A DNA stretch of 53,286 nt from an uncultured Bdellovibrionales bacterium (GCA_937936325.1 CALGWV010000033.1:1-53286); one strand, 5' to 3'. Positions 10,256 through 20,029 are shown, counted from the stretch's first letter. Program-made: numbers and translations. Notes: a model not told the origin generated them from the sequence alone.

Positions 10256-11179
10256 ATGATTGTTGCCGGAATTGATTTAGGATCGAATGCGACGCGGATT
10301 GTCCTGGTTAAGGCCAGTGCAGCAGGAATAGATGACCCTCAAAATATTATTCTTAAAAAAAGATATGCTTTGAGATTGGGGACAGACGTCTTTCAAACAG
10401 GGCGCATCAGCACAGAAAAAAAAGAGCAATTGCTTCTTATATTCAAAGAAATTCGAGATATGTTCTTTGAATACAAAGTGGGCGATTATTCAATAAAGGC
10501 CACAAGTGCATTGAGAGATGCCAGCAACGGCGAAGCCATCTCACATCAGATCGCAGTGGATTATAAACTCAAGATTGATATTATCGATGGCAAGGAGGAG
10601 GCCCGACTCTTAAGGCAAAGCCTGGAAAGACGTTCCGTAATCCCTAAAGACAAGAATACTTTATTGATGGATGTTGGAGGTGGAAGCTTAGAGCTTTCAA
10701 TATTGCAAAAAGGAGAACTTTGTTTTGCAAAGAGTCTCCAGGTTGGAACCCTTAGACTCATTGAAGATGTTCGCTCAGGACAGCTCATTAAAAACTATGG
10801 TGATATTCTAGATCAAATCGATGAAGCCTTTGTGGACGCTCCCAAAGTTACTGGTGCTGCAGTTTGCTTTGGCACAGGAGGCAACTTTAGAAGAGTGGGA
10901 CGCTTAAGAAAACTCATCTTAAACAAAACCAGAGAAAACAGCATAAGAAAAGAAGACTTCCCTGTCCTAATAGGTAAACTCTTTAATACCTCTATTGGAA
11001 AATTCCCCGGAGTCTTACAGGTCAAAGAAGAACATGCTTGTGTGATCATACCCGCTCTTCTCATCTGTCAAAGAACTTTAAATTTTTGGCCTTCCATGGA
11101 TATTAAAGTCCCCCAAGTGAGCTTAAATCATGGAATCATTGACGAGATCCTCATGAGAAACGGAAAACTTAATTTTTAA
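10256..11179 (+). CDS. ppx: Ppx/GppA-family exopolyphosphatase (short, two-domain form)
   Basis: Actin-like ATPase fold motifs (IAGIDLGSN..., DVGGGSLE). 307 aa, so it lacks the long C-terminal domains of E. coli Ppx. Its ATG directly abuts the ppk1 stop (TAAATG). Confidence 0.8.
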   Translation: MIVAGIDLGSNATRIVLVKASAAGIDDPQNIILKKRYALRLGTDVFQTGRISTEKKEQLLLIFKEIRDMFFEYKVGDYSIKATSALRDASNGEAISHQIAVDYKLKIDIIDGKEEARLLRQSLERRSVIPKDKNTLLMDVGGGSLELSILQKGELCFAKSLQVGTLRLIEDVRSGQLIKNYGDILDQIDEAFVDAPKVTGAAVCFGTGGNFRRVGRLRKLILNKTRENSIRKEDFPVLIGKLFNTSIGKFPGVLQVKEEHACVIIPALLICQRTLNFWPSMDIKVPQVSLNHGIIDEILMRNGKLNF

Positions 11180-11259
11180 ATCTGACATTGGTCCTTACCA
11201 CTTTAGGTTATGCAGTCACGAGCCTTAAACTACTCAATCTAGACACTTCGGCAGAAACC

Positions 11260-12579
11260 TTAATGTGAGGGACCATCATCAGCATAATGAGGCACCGCTG
11301 TAGTATTTATTGTATCCCAAATGGCTGTTCTTAAAATGTCTTTAAGTAAACTTGAATTATTTTCCCCTAGATGTGTAAGCTCTTTCTTAAAATTAGAGTA
11401 AGCTTGTTCAAAGTTTTGTTTTGGAATTTCTTTTCTTAAGCATTGTCCTTCAAAATCATATCCATTTAACTTTCCCTTTAAAGAATATTTTTCCGAGTCT
11501 TGTTCTTTAAAATTTAAATAAACTGACTTGTCATCGTTTGAAAGGGTCAGCGTCCCTTTGAAGTAATCCTGATACACGATTGGACCTGTTGGATATTTCA
11601 CTTGTCTTCGTGGGTTAAAAATATAGTAATCATGAGATTTTAATAAAGGGTCTTTTTCTTCAGAGTCCTCTAGGTTATAACGATTGAAGTTTTGAATAAA
11701 ATGTTCGGGGATATAAGTAGAAGAAATACTGTATTCTAAAAGTTGCCACTCCTGACCATCGCTCCAAACCACTTTGGCCTCTGGAGTGAGCATATCTCGA
11801 TATGTAAAACTCAGGCTTTCAATCACATCAATATTTGTGTCACAGGTGTATTTATAGTTTTTTCTAAGATTGAGAATTTGAACTTTTTCTGGATTTTCTT
11901 TTGAACCTAATTTCGGAACCTTTGTGTAGGCTGTATTCATATCACATAGCCCTGCAATAATTGGGAAATTAATGTCGTGCACTTGACCAGCCCCCATGTC
12001 AATAAACTTATATACATCTGCTAAGTAGAAAAATCCGCTTTTAACACTAAACACAAAAGTCTGCTTTGCTGATTTAATGCTAATTTCTTCACTTGATGTA
12101 TAGGGTCCTATTCTACGAAGCACATCTTTTTTGGGAATATTACTTTTTGCATTAAAACTACCAACTGAAAACTCTGTATTAAAGAGCACTGAAAGCTCGT
12201 CAAAATTTTCAACATAAACCCCAAACCCTTCGGAGTTTAAAGGTTCAAAAACCTGATAGTCTTTGTCTAAAAAATCTACAAAGAAATTTTCAGGCAAGAG
12301 TTCTTCTTGTACAAAATCAGAGGAAATATTAATGTTTGTGATTTTATTTTTTTTCTTTTCATACTCGACTGGAACTCCGTTTACAAATTCAAGAAATATT
12401 TTTTTAAGATACACATCTTTTGGAAATTCGCGGGCGCCTTGAGGTTCTCTCACCAGTGCCCGACATTCAACAAATTTTAAATTAAGAGTCCCATTATGCC
12501 TTCCGCCTCTCATTTCTACGGGACTTGCAAAGCCTTCAGAACTTAAAACTAGAATAAATACTATAAGTAGAATTTTCAT
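11260..12579 (-). CDS. secreted protein of unknown function
   Basis: The ORF was trimmed to the ATG at 12579, which is preceded by GGAGG and gives a classical signal peptide (MKILLIVFILVLSSEGFA). I recognised no family motif. Confidence 0.6.
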   Translation of the reverse strand: MKILLIVFILVLSSEGFASPVEMRGGRHNGTLNLKFVECRALVREPQGAREFPKDVYLKKIFLEFVNGVPVEYEKKKNKITNINISSDFVQEELLPENFFVDFLDKDYQVFEPLNSEGFGVYVENFDELSVLFNTEFSVGSFNAKSNIPKKDVLRRIGPYTSSEEISIKSAKQTFVFSVKSGFFYLADVYKFIDMGAGQVHDINFPIIAGLCDMNTAYTKVPKLGSKENPEKVQILNLRKNYKYTCDTNIDVIESLSFTYRDMLTPEAKVVWSDGQEWQLLEYSISSTYIPEHFIQNFNRYNLEDSEEKDPLLKSHDYYIFNPRRQVKYPTGPIVYQDYFKGTLTLSNDDKSVYLNFKEQDSEKYSLKGKLNGYDFEGQCLRKEIPKQNFEQAYSNFKKELTHLGENNSSLLKDILRTAIWDTINTTAVPHYADDGPSH

Positions 12580-12661
12580 TACTCCCCTCCAAAGCCAGAT
12601 GGCCAGCCTTAAGTGGCCTAATATATATTCATTGTGGGCTTTGATCAAAAGCCTCATGACG

Positions 12662-12683
12662 CCTGTAGAAGCAGTTCTACAGG
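12662..12683. promoter_or_regulatory. perfect 9-bp inverted repeat CCTGTAGAA-GCAG-TTCTACAGG in a divergent promoter region
   Basis: Read directly. The arms are 12662-12670 and 12675-12683. It lies between the divergently transcribed secreted-protein gene and the sigma-54 activator gene, so it cannot act as a terminator for either. It contains TGT-N12-ACA. Confidence 0.35.
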
Positions 12684-12835
12684 ATAAGCTTGTCTAATAT
12701 GATCTATTACTTCCTGCTCATTTACCATCACTTAGGTCTGGCTTTGAGATTCTGTCTAAATTTTATTCAATATTGTCATAATTTTTGACGATAGGAGAGG
12801 TACTCAATAAAAGACACAATTGCAGGAGCTACACA

Positions 12836-14392
12836 ATGATCAACTGGGATGAATTTGAGCATATACATGTCATTAAGAAATTAAAATCAATACTCGGCAC
12901 TTGGTGGAATATTGATGTGATCTTCACCGATGAGCGTGGAAAAGTAAGAGTTGGTGAAATAGAAAAAACTCGTGTCTATAATAAGTGCACCCACCTCATT
13001 ATTAAAGATGAAAATCTTTTACAAGGATTTCAAGAGCTCTCCGCAGCCGCTATTAGTGATTTAAAAATTACAGGCAATAGATTTGTTTTAAAAGAGTGGG
13101 ACACACTAGGTTTTAGCGTTTGCTTCCTTCCTATCATTATCGAAAACGAACTCATGGGAACAGTGGTTGCAGCTGGGTTTAAAACCTCAGATATCTCGAC
13201 AGAATTCCTAGAGCAATTTAAACAAAAACTTTTATCCCATGGCATGAACGAAGTAGATGCTACAGAATGTAAAAGCAAAATCAAGTATGTGCCGGAACAA
13301 GATCGCGAACACTTTATAGACCTGATTGAATTAGTCAGTCACGAAATTATAGTTTTACATCTTGAGATCAGTAGTCGTGAAGAAAGAATCAAAGAGCTCA
13401 ACAAAGAACTTGGCAGTCGCTACAAATATGACAATATGATTGGGAAGTCTAAGTCCATGCAAACACTTTACAGTTTGCTAGATAAGATTAAATTTTCTGA
13501 AACCACTGTTTTAATTCAAGGTGAAAACGGAACTGGTAAAGAACTTATTGCTAAATCTATTCATTACAACTCTCAACGTAAAGATCGCCCGTTTGTGATC
13601 CAAAACTGCTCCGCTTTCAATGACAACCTTTTAGAATCTGAACTCTTCGGTCATACTAAAGGAGCCTTTACAGGAGCCATAAAAGACAAAAAGGGACTTT
13701 TTGAAATGGCTAATTTTGGTACCTTTTTCCTAGATGAGATTGGAGATACTAGCCCCACTATGCAGGTTAAACTTTTACGTGTTCTCCAAGAGGGAACTTT
13801 CATTCCCGTAGGAAGCACACAACAAAGAAAAGTAGATGTTCGTATTTTAGCAGCAACAAATAGAGATCTTAAAAAGATGGTGGCTGATGGCACTTTTAGA
13901 GAAGATCTCTACTACCGACTGAATGTCATTAACATCAGGGTCCCGACTCTCAAAGACAGAAAAGAGGACATCCCACTTTTATCTGAGTTCTTCTTGGAAA
14001 AAGCCTGTGAAAGATCTAAAGTTCCAAAAAAAATCCTCACTAAAAGAGCATTGGAAAAACTCTACGACTACAATTGGCCTGGAAATGTACGTGAGCTACA
14101 GAATGAAATGGAGCGGATACTTGTGGTGAGCGGAAACGAAACAAAGATCACTGCAGATCTGCTCAGTGGTAAAATTGTTGAAAAATCACAAGCAAATAAA
14201 GTTCAAGGAACCCGTGTTGATGGTAAGCTTAAAGATGCCATTGAAGAGCTAGAAAGAAATATGATCCGTGAAGGCTTACGTCGAACAGGTTGGAATAAAT
14301 CACGCTTAGCCAAGGAGCTCGGGATTTCAAGAGCCGGCTTAATCACGAAAGTGGAAAAATACGAACTTGAAAAAAGAAAACAACGGGCCTAA
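12836..14392 (+). CDS. sigma-54-dependent transcriptional activator (sensor domain - AAA+ - Fis HTH)
   Basis: Walker A GENGTGKE, sigma-54 contact loop KGAFTGA, Walker B FFLDEIG, and a C-terminal HTH (SRLAKELGISRAGLITKV). The N-terminal domain of about 190 aa looks PocR-like to me. The ATG at 12836 is preceded by AGGAG, and the TTG at 12785 in the ORF track is probably too far upstream. Confidence 0.85.
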   Translation: MINWDEFEHIHVIKKLKSILGTWWNIDVIFTDERGKVRVGEIEKTRVYNKCTHLIIKDENLLQGFQELSAAAISDLKITGNRFVLKEWDTLGFSVCFLPIIIENELMGTVVAAGFKTSDISTEFLEQFKQKLLSHGMNEVDATECKSKIKYVPEQDREHFIDLIELVSHEIIVLHLEISSREERIKELNKELGSRYKYDNMIGKSKSMQTLYSLLDKIKFSETTVLIQGENGTGKELIAKSIHYNSQRKDRPFVIQNCSAFNDNLLESELFGHTKGAFTGAIKDKKGLFEMANFGTFFLDEIGDTSPTMQVKLLRVLQEGTFIPVGSTQQRKVDVRILAATNRDLKKMVADGTFREDLYYRLNVINIRVPTLKDRKEDIPLLSEFFLEKACERSKVPKKILTKRALEKLYDYNWPGNVRELQNEMERILVVSGNETKITADLLSGKIVEKSQANKVQGTRVDGKLKDAIEELERNMIREGLRRTGWNKSRLAKELGISRAGLITKVEKYELEKRKQRA

Positions 14393-14484
14393 TACAAACC
14401 CCAACCTATATTGAACACATTTACATAGGTTCAATATAAAAAATAAGAGTGAACATACATTCACCCTAACTCTTTTTTTATTTA

Positions 14485-14880
14485 TTAAGCCTTAAATATA
14501 GATTGTAATGAGTCACAACGGCTCACGAATACGATTCCATACAAGACACTAATCACTAGTGCTACTGGCAGCCCACCGAGCTCAACAAATAAATGCAGAC
14601 CTAAGATATTATAAACAATAGGAGCTAATAAGCAGAGTGCCAAAGTGACGTATTTACCCGAGAGTAGCATCACTCCACAAACCACTTCTAAAATTTTTAC
14701 TGTCGGCATTAAATATCCAGCAGCAAACAACCCTCCCATCACAGCCTGCATACCTGCACCTGGCTTAGGCAATGGAATAAATCCCCCCATCCCAAAAATC
14801 ATCATCAAACCGTTAAGTCCAAAAATTAAAAATATAGCCCCTAATAAATACCTAGCGACTGTTACAACTTTGTGATTCAT
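14485..14880 (-). CDS. DoxX-like small integral membrane protein
   Basis: 131 aa with four hydrophobic helices and a Gly-rich loop. The architecture is DoxX-family-like. Divergent from oxyR. Confidence 0.5.
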   Translation of the reverse strand: MNHKVVTVARYLLGAIFLIFGLNGLMMIFGMGGFIPLPKPGAGMQAVMGGLFAAGYLMPTVKILEVVCGVMLLSGKYVTLALCLLAPIVYNILGLHLFVELGGLPVALVISVLYGIVFVSRCDSLQSIFKA

Positions 14881-15022
14881 CCTTACTCCTTTATAGTAGA
14901 TAAGCTATGATACTTTTAGATCACTATACTAAACACACTAAATAAATTCTATTTTTAGTCTAGTTTGGGTTGGTTTTGTATGCATTTCTTAAAATTTTTA
15001 GTTTACTAACTTTGGATAAAAT

Positions 15023-15970
15023 ATGATCAGCTTGTCTCAGATTGAATACTTAATTGCTCTGGCTGAAGAAAAACACTTTGGCCGTGCCGCTAAAAAATGT
15101 TTTGTTTCCCAACCCTCGCTCTCAGTTCAAATACAGAACTTAGAAGAGGAGCTGGATTGTATAATTTTCGATCGCTCCAAAAAACCTATTCTCATCACCC
15201 AAGTGGGTGAAGCTGTCTTGCAACAGGCTCGATCTATCCTCAAAGAGCACAAAAAACTGAGCTTTATTGCCCAGTCTCAAAAAAATACTTTAAGTGGAGA
15301 GTTTAGGCTAGCGGTTATCCCCACATTATCTCCTTACTTAATCCCACTATTCTTAAATGACTTTGTTAAAACTTATCCTGACATACAGCTTAAAATTCAA
15401 GAATCCAAAACAGAAGAAATCACACAACTTCTTAAAAATGATGCTATTGACGCTGGGCTTTTAGTCACTCCTCTTTACGATGAACAACTGATTGAAAATC
15501 ATTTGTTTTTTGAACCTTTCTACGCATTTTTGTCTCAAGACCATCGGCTACAAAATAACAAACTCATCACAGAGAAAGACCTTGATCCTGCTGACCTTTG
15601 GTTGCTCAATGACGGACATTGTTTTAAGGACCAAGTTTTGAAAGTCTGCCAAACCAAAAAAGTAAACCATAATGGAAGAAATTTTGAGTTTAGCAGCGGA
15701 AACTTAGAAACACTTAAAAATATTGTAAAGCAAAACCAGGGATATACCCTACTCCCCGAGCTGGCTCTACGAGGTCTTTCAAAAAAAGAATATGCCAAGC
15801 ATGTTCGCGAATTCAAAAAACCCGTCCCGACAAGACAAGTGAGCCTAGTTTATAGTCGATCATTTTACAAAGAAGCCTATTTAAAAGCTTTAGAAAAAAG
15901 TATAATAGAAAGCTTACCTGAAAGTATTCAGTCCCTGAAACGAAAAAGTTTAAATATTATTGATATATAA
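15023..15970 (+). CDS. oxyR: LysR-family regulator, OxyR type
   Basis: LysR HTH (HFGRAAKKCFVSQPSLSVQIQNLEEEL). The segment LNDGHCFKDQVLKVC reproduces the GHC...C redox pair of E. coli OxyR (C199/C208) with the same 8-residue spacing. Confidence 0.75.
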   Translation: MISLSQIEYLIALAEEKHFGRAAKKCFVSQPSLSVQIQNLEEELDCIIFDRSKKPILITQVGEAVLQQARSILKEHKKLSFIAQSQKNTLSGEFRLAVIPTLSPYLIPLFLNDFVKTYPDIQLKIQESKTEEITQLLKNDAIDAGLLVTPLYDEQLIENHLFFEPFYAFLSQDHRLQNNKLITEKDLDPADLWLLNDGHCFKDQVLKVCQTKKVNHNGRNFEFSSGNLETLKNIVKQNQGYTLLPELALRGLSKKEYAKHVREFKKPVPTRQVSLVYSRSFYKEAYLKALEKSIIESLPESIQSLKRKSLNIIDI

Positions 15971-15992
15971 ACATAGATCCTGGGAACTGGGT

Positions 15993-16637
15993 TTATAGCA
16001 GATTTTTGTCTTCATTTTTTCTTTTATAATCGTCACTCAGTTTAAGACCTCGCCCCTCCAGGGTTCTTTCTAGCTTTTCTTGATAAATCATAAGTAGCTG
16101 CTCTTTAACCACTTCACCTTCAATAACCCCAAAGGCTTGTGCTATAGCTTGAAGGGTGGCCATACCATAAGGCGTGGTCTCCTTTCTTAAAAAATGAGTA
16201 CTTTTATTTTTAAGACTCATCTTTACTTTCGGGATGGCCTTAAGCTCTTCGTATCTAGTACATACTTTGCTCGCCTGCCGCCAGTTCCCATCAGGAACGA
16301 TCAAGTTGACGGGTTTTTTGATATGACTTAGATATTCAGAACTTAATTCCATGGCCTTCTCTGAAGGATACAATATTAGGTTATGATAATTATTATTTTG
16401 CAAATCAGAAAACTCTAAAACTTCTCCTGTCACACCTCTCACTCTCATTTCTGAGTTTTTTAAAGCTAAGAGAGCCAAGCGGCCTGTATTTGAACTTCTC
16501 TTAAGCTCAAGACGGTGAATCACTAATGTCAGTCTGGTCTCTAATTCAACGGGTTGAATGAGGTCACAAAGGCACCTTGATTTATGGAGATGACATTTTA
16601 GACAAGGGTCTTTGGTTTTTCTTTTAGCTAACTTCAA
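15993..16637 (-). CDS. DTW-domain protein (tRNA-uridine aminocarboxypropyltransferase family)
   Basis: N-terminal Cys cluster CLKCHLHKSRCLC and a DGNW motif (LIVPDGNWRQA) in the position of the DTW signature. The TTG start overlaps the permease stop (TTGA). Confidence 0.55.
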   Translation of the reverse strand: MKLAKRKTKDPCLKCHLHKSRCLCDLIQPVELETRLTLVIHRLELKRSSNTGRLALLALKNSEMRVRGVTGEVLEFSDLQNNNYHNLILYPSEKAMELSSEYLSHIKKPVNLIVPDGNWRQASKVCTRYEELKAIPKVKMSLKNKSTHFLRKETTPYGMATLQAIAQAFGVIEGEVVKEQLLMIYQEKLERTLEGRGLKLSDDYKRKNEDKNLL

Positions 16638-17446
16638 AGTTTTCTATGCCAATTTTGGAGCAAGGGTGCAAAAAAAAGCCCCACCAAAGGGATCAAGGTG
16701 AAAAGACACACTAGCAAAGCCCCTGCTGGCAAATCATAGAAATAGCTCAAAAACATTCCTAAAGCACAAAGCGCAAAACCCAAAACCCAACCAAAAATAA
16801 GTTGTTCTTTTAACCTCGAATAAAAAATTTGACTGATGAGCGCTGGAACCACCAAGAAGGCAAATACAAGCAAAATACCCGCCACACTGACTGAAGAGGT
16901 AATCACAATTCCAAAAAGGGCATAAAAAAGAAAATCCCAAATGAAATGACTAGAATCAGGACTCATGGTGGAATTTAAAATAGGTTTACGAAAAAAATAG
17001 TGTACACAAAAAACCCCCAAATAAATCATAGCTGTCTTATAAACATCCCCCCATGTGACCCAAAGAATTTGGCCTACAAGTATTTCCTTAATATGCTCAG
17101 CGCCATGGGCCATCATATTTACTGATAATACGATTAAAGAGGAGCTCAAAGCATAAACAAGAGCAATAAGAACTTCTTGAGATACTAGAAAATCATATTT
17201 TTTGGCCCACGCAAAATAAAGAGCCACAAGCAAAGTGAAAAGCAATGATATAAAATACGAACCTGTCGTATGGTGCTCAAAATGAAAGACAAGAGCCAAA
17301 GTGCTCCCAAGGCTTGCCACCTGAGCCAATGAAAGATCAATAAATATAACTCCACGTTTTAATACATGAATCCCAAGGTAACAATGTATCCCGACTAAAA
17401 GAAAGCACATACAAAGGGGCGCTAATAAAAACAAAAAAGCTTCCAA
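16634..17446 (-). CDS. metal (Zn/Mn-type) ABC transporter permease, ABC-3 family
   Basis: 270 aa and highly hydrophobic (about 8 TM), with ZnuB/MntB-like organisation. TTG start 1 nt after the binding-protein stop. Confidence 0.8.
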   Translation of the reverse strand: MEAFLFLLAPLCMCFLLVGIHCYLGIHVLKRGVIFIDLSLAQVASLGSTLALVFHFEHHTTGSYFISLLFTLLVALYFAWAKKYDFLVSQEVLIALVYALSSSLIVLSVNMMAHGAEHIKEILVGQILWVTWGDVYKTAMIYLGVFCVHYFFRKPILNSTMSPDSSHFIWDFLFYALFGIVITSSVSVAGILLVFAFLVVPALISQIFYSRLKEQLIFGWVLGFALCALGMFLSYFYDLPAGALLVCLFTLIPLVGLFFAPLLQNWHRKL

Positions 17447-17447
17447 A

Positions 17448-18329
17448 TTAATTTCCTATAGACGTCACAAGAGACTCATAGAGTTCAAATAAACTATTCA
17501 CTTTTTTATGACCTCCAACAGCAATAGCTACTTTTTTGATTTTAATACTTGGAACAGCATTTTGAATTCTCTTTGCCACAGCATCTCCAAAGTAATTCTC
17601 AACAATAATGGTCTTGATATTCTGCTTTTTAATTTTTGCTATGAGCCCTATCACATGTGAACTTGTAGGAGCTATACCTGGTTTGGGCTCTAAAACATCA
17701 ACATTTTCAATACTAAACTCGTTATAAAAGTAAGATAAGGTTTTATGATAGCTCATAACCTTAAGACCTGGTTTTATTTTAAGTTTCCAGGACTTTAGCT
17801 TCTCAGTTATTTTGCTTTTATAAGATTCAAAGTTTTTCTTAAAAAAAGTTTGTTTCTCGGGAACTAATTCAGATAGCTTTAAATATATTTTCTCAGCAAT
17901 TATGACTGAATTCGAAGGGCTCAACATCACATGAGGGTTCCCCTCTGGATGAACATCACCCATTGATTTTGAAATCGGAGTTAAACTTTTCTCTAGCAAA
18001 CTAAAATAAGAAGAGGCCACAAGATGCCTGGAGCCACCGACCCTGAGTTTAGGATTACGGCTTCCACGAATCACTAATGGGAGCCATGCTTTTTCTAGCT
18101 CAGCGCCTATGCTTATTAATAAGTCTGCTTTTGAAAGATTATAGATAAAGCTAGGTTTCGCTTCCAAATAATGCGGATCCTGGGAGCCCTTGGAAAGGCT
18201 GAGAACACTCACCTCTTTAAGCCCCACTTGCTCCACCAAGTCCTTGAGATTCGTGGTTGTGGTCACCACATCAATCTTAGAATAAGCCACTGCTGGAATT
18301 AAAATGAGATATATAAATAATAATTTCAT
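17448..18329 (-). CDS. metal ABC transporter substrate-binding protein (ZnuA/TroA cluster A-I)
   Basis: Signal peptide. Metal-ligand regions SQDPHYLEAKPS and VHPEGNPHVMLSP are typical of ZnuA/PsaA-type binding proteins. AAGGAG precedes the ATG. Confidence 0.75.
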   Translation of the reverse strand: MKLLFIYLILIPAVAYSKIDVVTTTTNLKDLVEQVGLKEVSVLSLSKGSQDPHYLEAKPSFIYNLSKADLLISIGAELEKAWLPLVIRGSRNPKLRVGGSRHLVASSYFSLLEKSLTPISKSMGDVHPEGNPHVMLSPSNSVIIAEKIYLKLSELVPEKQTFFKKNFESYKSKITEKLKSWKLKIKPGLKVMSYHKTLSYFYNEFSIENVDVLEPKPGIAPTSSHVIGLIAKIKKQNIKTIIVENYFGDAVAKRIQNAVPSIKIKKVAIAVGGHKKVNSLFELYESLVTSIGN

Positions 18330-18339
18330 TTTTTACTCC

Positions 18340-19461
18340 TTAGTACTCATGGGCTGGGTGAGAGCCTAAACTGATATTGGCTTGAAGTAGAATACTTTGA
18401 CCTGAGTCACCATCTGAATGAGTCTCATGATCAAACTGAAGCCTTAATAAAGTATATTCAGATAATTTAAAAGCCAATAGTGCAGAGTATGTTTGTTGAG
18501 TTTCTAGTATAGAATCCTCTTTTGAGTTTACAAATTCATACTGAGCTTGAAGGAACCATTTTTCTAAAAATTGATATCTTGCCCAATTATTTAATCCATA
18601 ACTTTTCTCATGATCCATTGCTTTTAAGTTTTTTGAAATAAACTCTGATGACAAAACAAGCTCTCTGGGTTTTCCATTCACAAAGCGCTGCCACTTTAGA
18701 GTCAGATCAGAACCCCACAGAAAACTATGACCTTGATCATGTTGAAAATACAGCGCTGACTGCCCCCACTCTATGGTTGTAGAGGAACTTAAATCCCAAA
18801 AGTTTTTAAACTTTAAACTATAGGCCAGCCCACGTTCCGATTCGTGAAAAACAACTTCATTTGTAGGCTGAAATGCTTGGAAGAATACCTCACTGAACCA
18901 AGGCAGTGGAGCTAAAAAAGAAAGACCTACACCTACTTCAGATAAAGCCTCCTCACCAAACATGCTTTGTTGAAGGAAGCTGCGTGTAATAAAAGGAAGT
19001 GCATGGGTATGAACAAAGTTCATCTTTCCAAAACGTGTATTCATTTTACCAAAATACAAAGTGACTGAGGGAATGAAGAGTGTCTCAAAAATCACCTCCT
19101 CAATATCGAGCTTAACATTGTGAGAATGGGAGCCTCCTCCCTCTTCACTATGAAGACCTAAAGCCACATTTGCTCTCAAATAGGCATCCACCTCTGAAGA
19201 AAAATGGAATTCAAGCTCTTGCAAACTAAAACCTTCATGACCAGAATGTCCACCATGATCTCCATGATCTTCGTGTTGATAATGATGGTTCTTATGTTTA
19301 AAAAGAGTCAGGGCATTGATTCCAAAACCGGACTTAAAGTCACGCCCTAAAAGAGTTTTTGACTTTGGCAGCTCCTCTACTTTATCTAAGGCCTGAGCAT
19401 TTAGAATTAAAGAATGGCTCACTAAAAGTGAAAATAATAAGTAAAACTTTAAAAACCCCAT
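18340..19461 (-). CDS. putative outer-membrane beta-barrel protein with a His-rich segment
   Basis: Signal peptide (…LNAQA), a His/Asp-rich stretch HKNHHYQHEDHGDHGGHSGHEG, then alternating amphipathic strands ending in an aromatic residue (…HEY). First gene of the metal-uptake operon. AAGGAG precedes the ATG. Confidence 0.45.
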   Translation of the reverse strand: MGFLKFYLLFSLLVSHSLILNAQALDKVEELPKSKTLLGRDFKSGFGINALTLFKHKNHHYQHEDHGDHGGHSGHEGFSLQELEFHFSSEVDAYLRANVALGLHSEEGGGSHSHNVKLDIEEVIFETLFIPSVTLYFGKMNTRFGKMNFVHTHALPFITRSFLQQSMFGEEALSEVGVGLSFLAPLPWFSEVFFQAFQPTNEVVFHESERGLAYSLKFKNFWDLSSSTTIEWGQSALYFQHDQGHSFLWGSDLTLKWQRFVNGKPRELVLSSEFISKNLKAMDHEKSYGLNNWARYQFLEKWFLQAQYEFVNSKEDSILETQQTYSALLAFKLSEYTLLRLQFDHETHSDGDSGQSILLQANISLGSHPAHEY

Positions 19462-19615
19462 ATCTAACTCCTTATACCCTTAGTTATTAGCACTATATAT
19501 AGCTTCTACAGAATGACTAAACAAGCTTTGAGAGTTATTTTTTGGTAAGGTTTTGAATCTGTGAATGTTAGGGGTAGTGAAAGACTAGACTTCACCCCTT
19601 TGCAGAAGGACAGAA

Positions 19616-20029
19616 TCAGGACCAATTATTTATTGTCATTAAGCTATCATCTTCTCTTAATAAGTATAGACAATAGATCGCTGCCAACATTGGCCAAGCC
19701 GCAAAAAACAAAAGGTTGGGAGATTTCCATGGATCTAGATACATCATATAAGAGCTCACTGTGGACACTAGATGCATCAGCAAGACTGAGCCATAGGTCC
19801 AGCGCTTTTTGACACCTAACAAAAATCCTAAAATGAGTAACATTTGTAAAGCTCCAATTAAGTAGGTCATTCCGTTCTCCAACCCCCCAATCATATAAAA
19901 CTTGGAAAAAACTTTTTGAGCATGGCCCGGGTTTATAAATTTATCTAAGGTCCACATAAACATGACAATAAAAACCCCTAGCCTTAAAGCCAAAAGCCCT
20001 CTTTTTAAATCTAAAATTTTTGTTTTCAT
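19616..20029 (-). CDS. DoxX-like membrane protein
   Basis: Four hydrophobic helices. The ORF-track start at 20035 is a non-ATG codon (ATT). The ATG at 20029 is preceded by AAGGAG. Confidence 0.5.
   Translation of the reverse strand: MKTKILDLKRGLLALRLGVFIVMFMWTLDKFINPGHAQKVFSKFYMIGGLENGMTYLIGALQMLLILGFLLGVKKRWTYGSVLLMHLVSTVSSYMMYLDPWKSPNLLFFAAWPMLAAIYCLYLLREDDSLMTINNWS

Noticed and set aside
11206-11217. The 12-mer GGTTATGCAGTC is shared between 11206-11217 and 46292-46303. Both copies lie just past the stop codons of - strand genes.
   Set aside because: The flanking sequences do not align beyond the 12-mer, and only the second copy takes part in a hairpin. It may be chance or a very small motif, and there is not enough here to build on.
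11260-12657. Long N-terminal extensions in the ORF track: 11260..12657, 12785.., 19616..20035, 33905..34561, 43816..44289, 45568..46119 and 46331..47740.
   Set aside because: In each case an internal ATG preceded by a Shine-Dalgarno sequence gives a proper signal peptide or the canonical family N-terminus. Several track starts are rare codons (for example ATT at 20035). The shorter coordinates were used.
14895-14915. ATAG-N8-CTAT in the DoxX/oxyR divergent spacer, considered as an OxyR autoregulatory site.
   Set aside because: The spacing is one base longer than the ATAG-N7-CTAT consensus, and the spacer is AT-rich enough for such matches to arise by chance.
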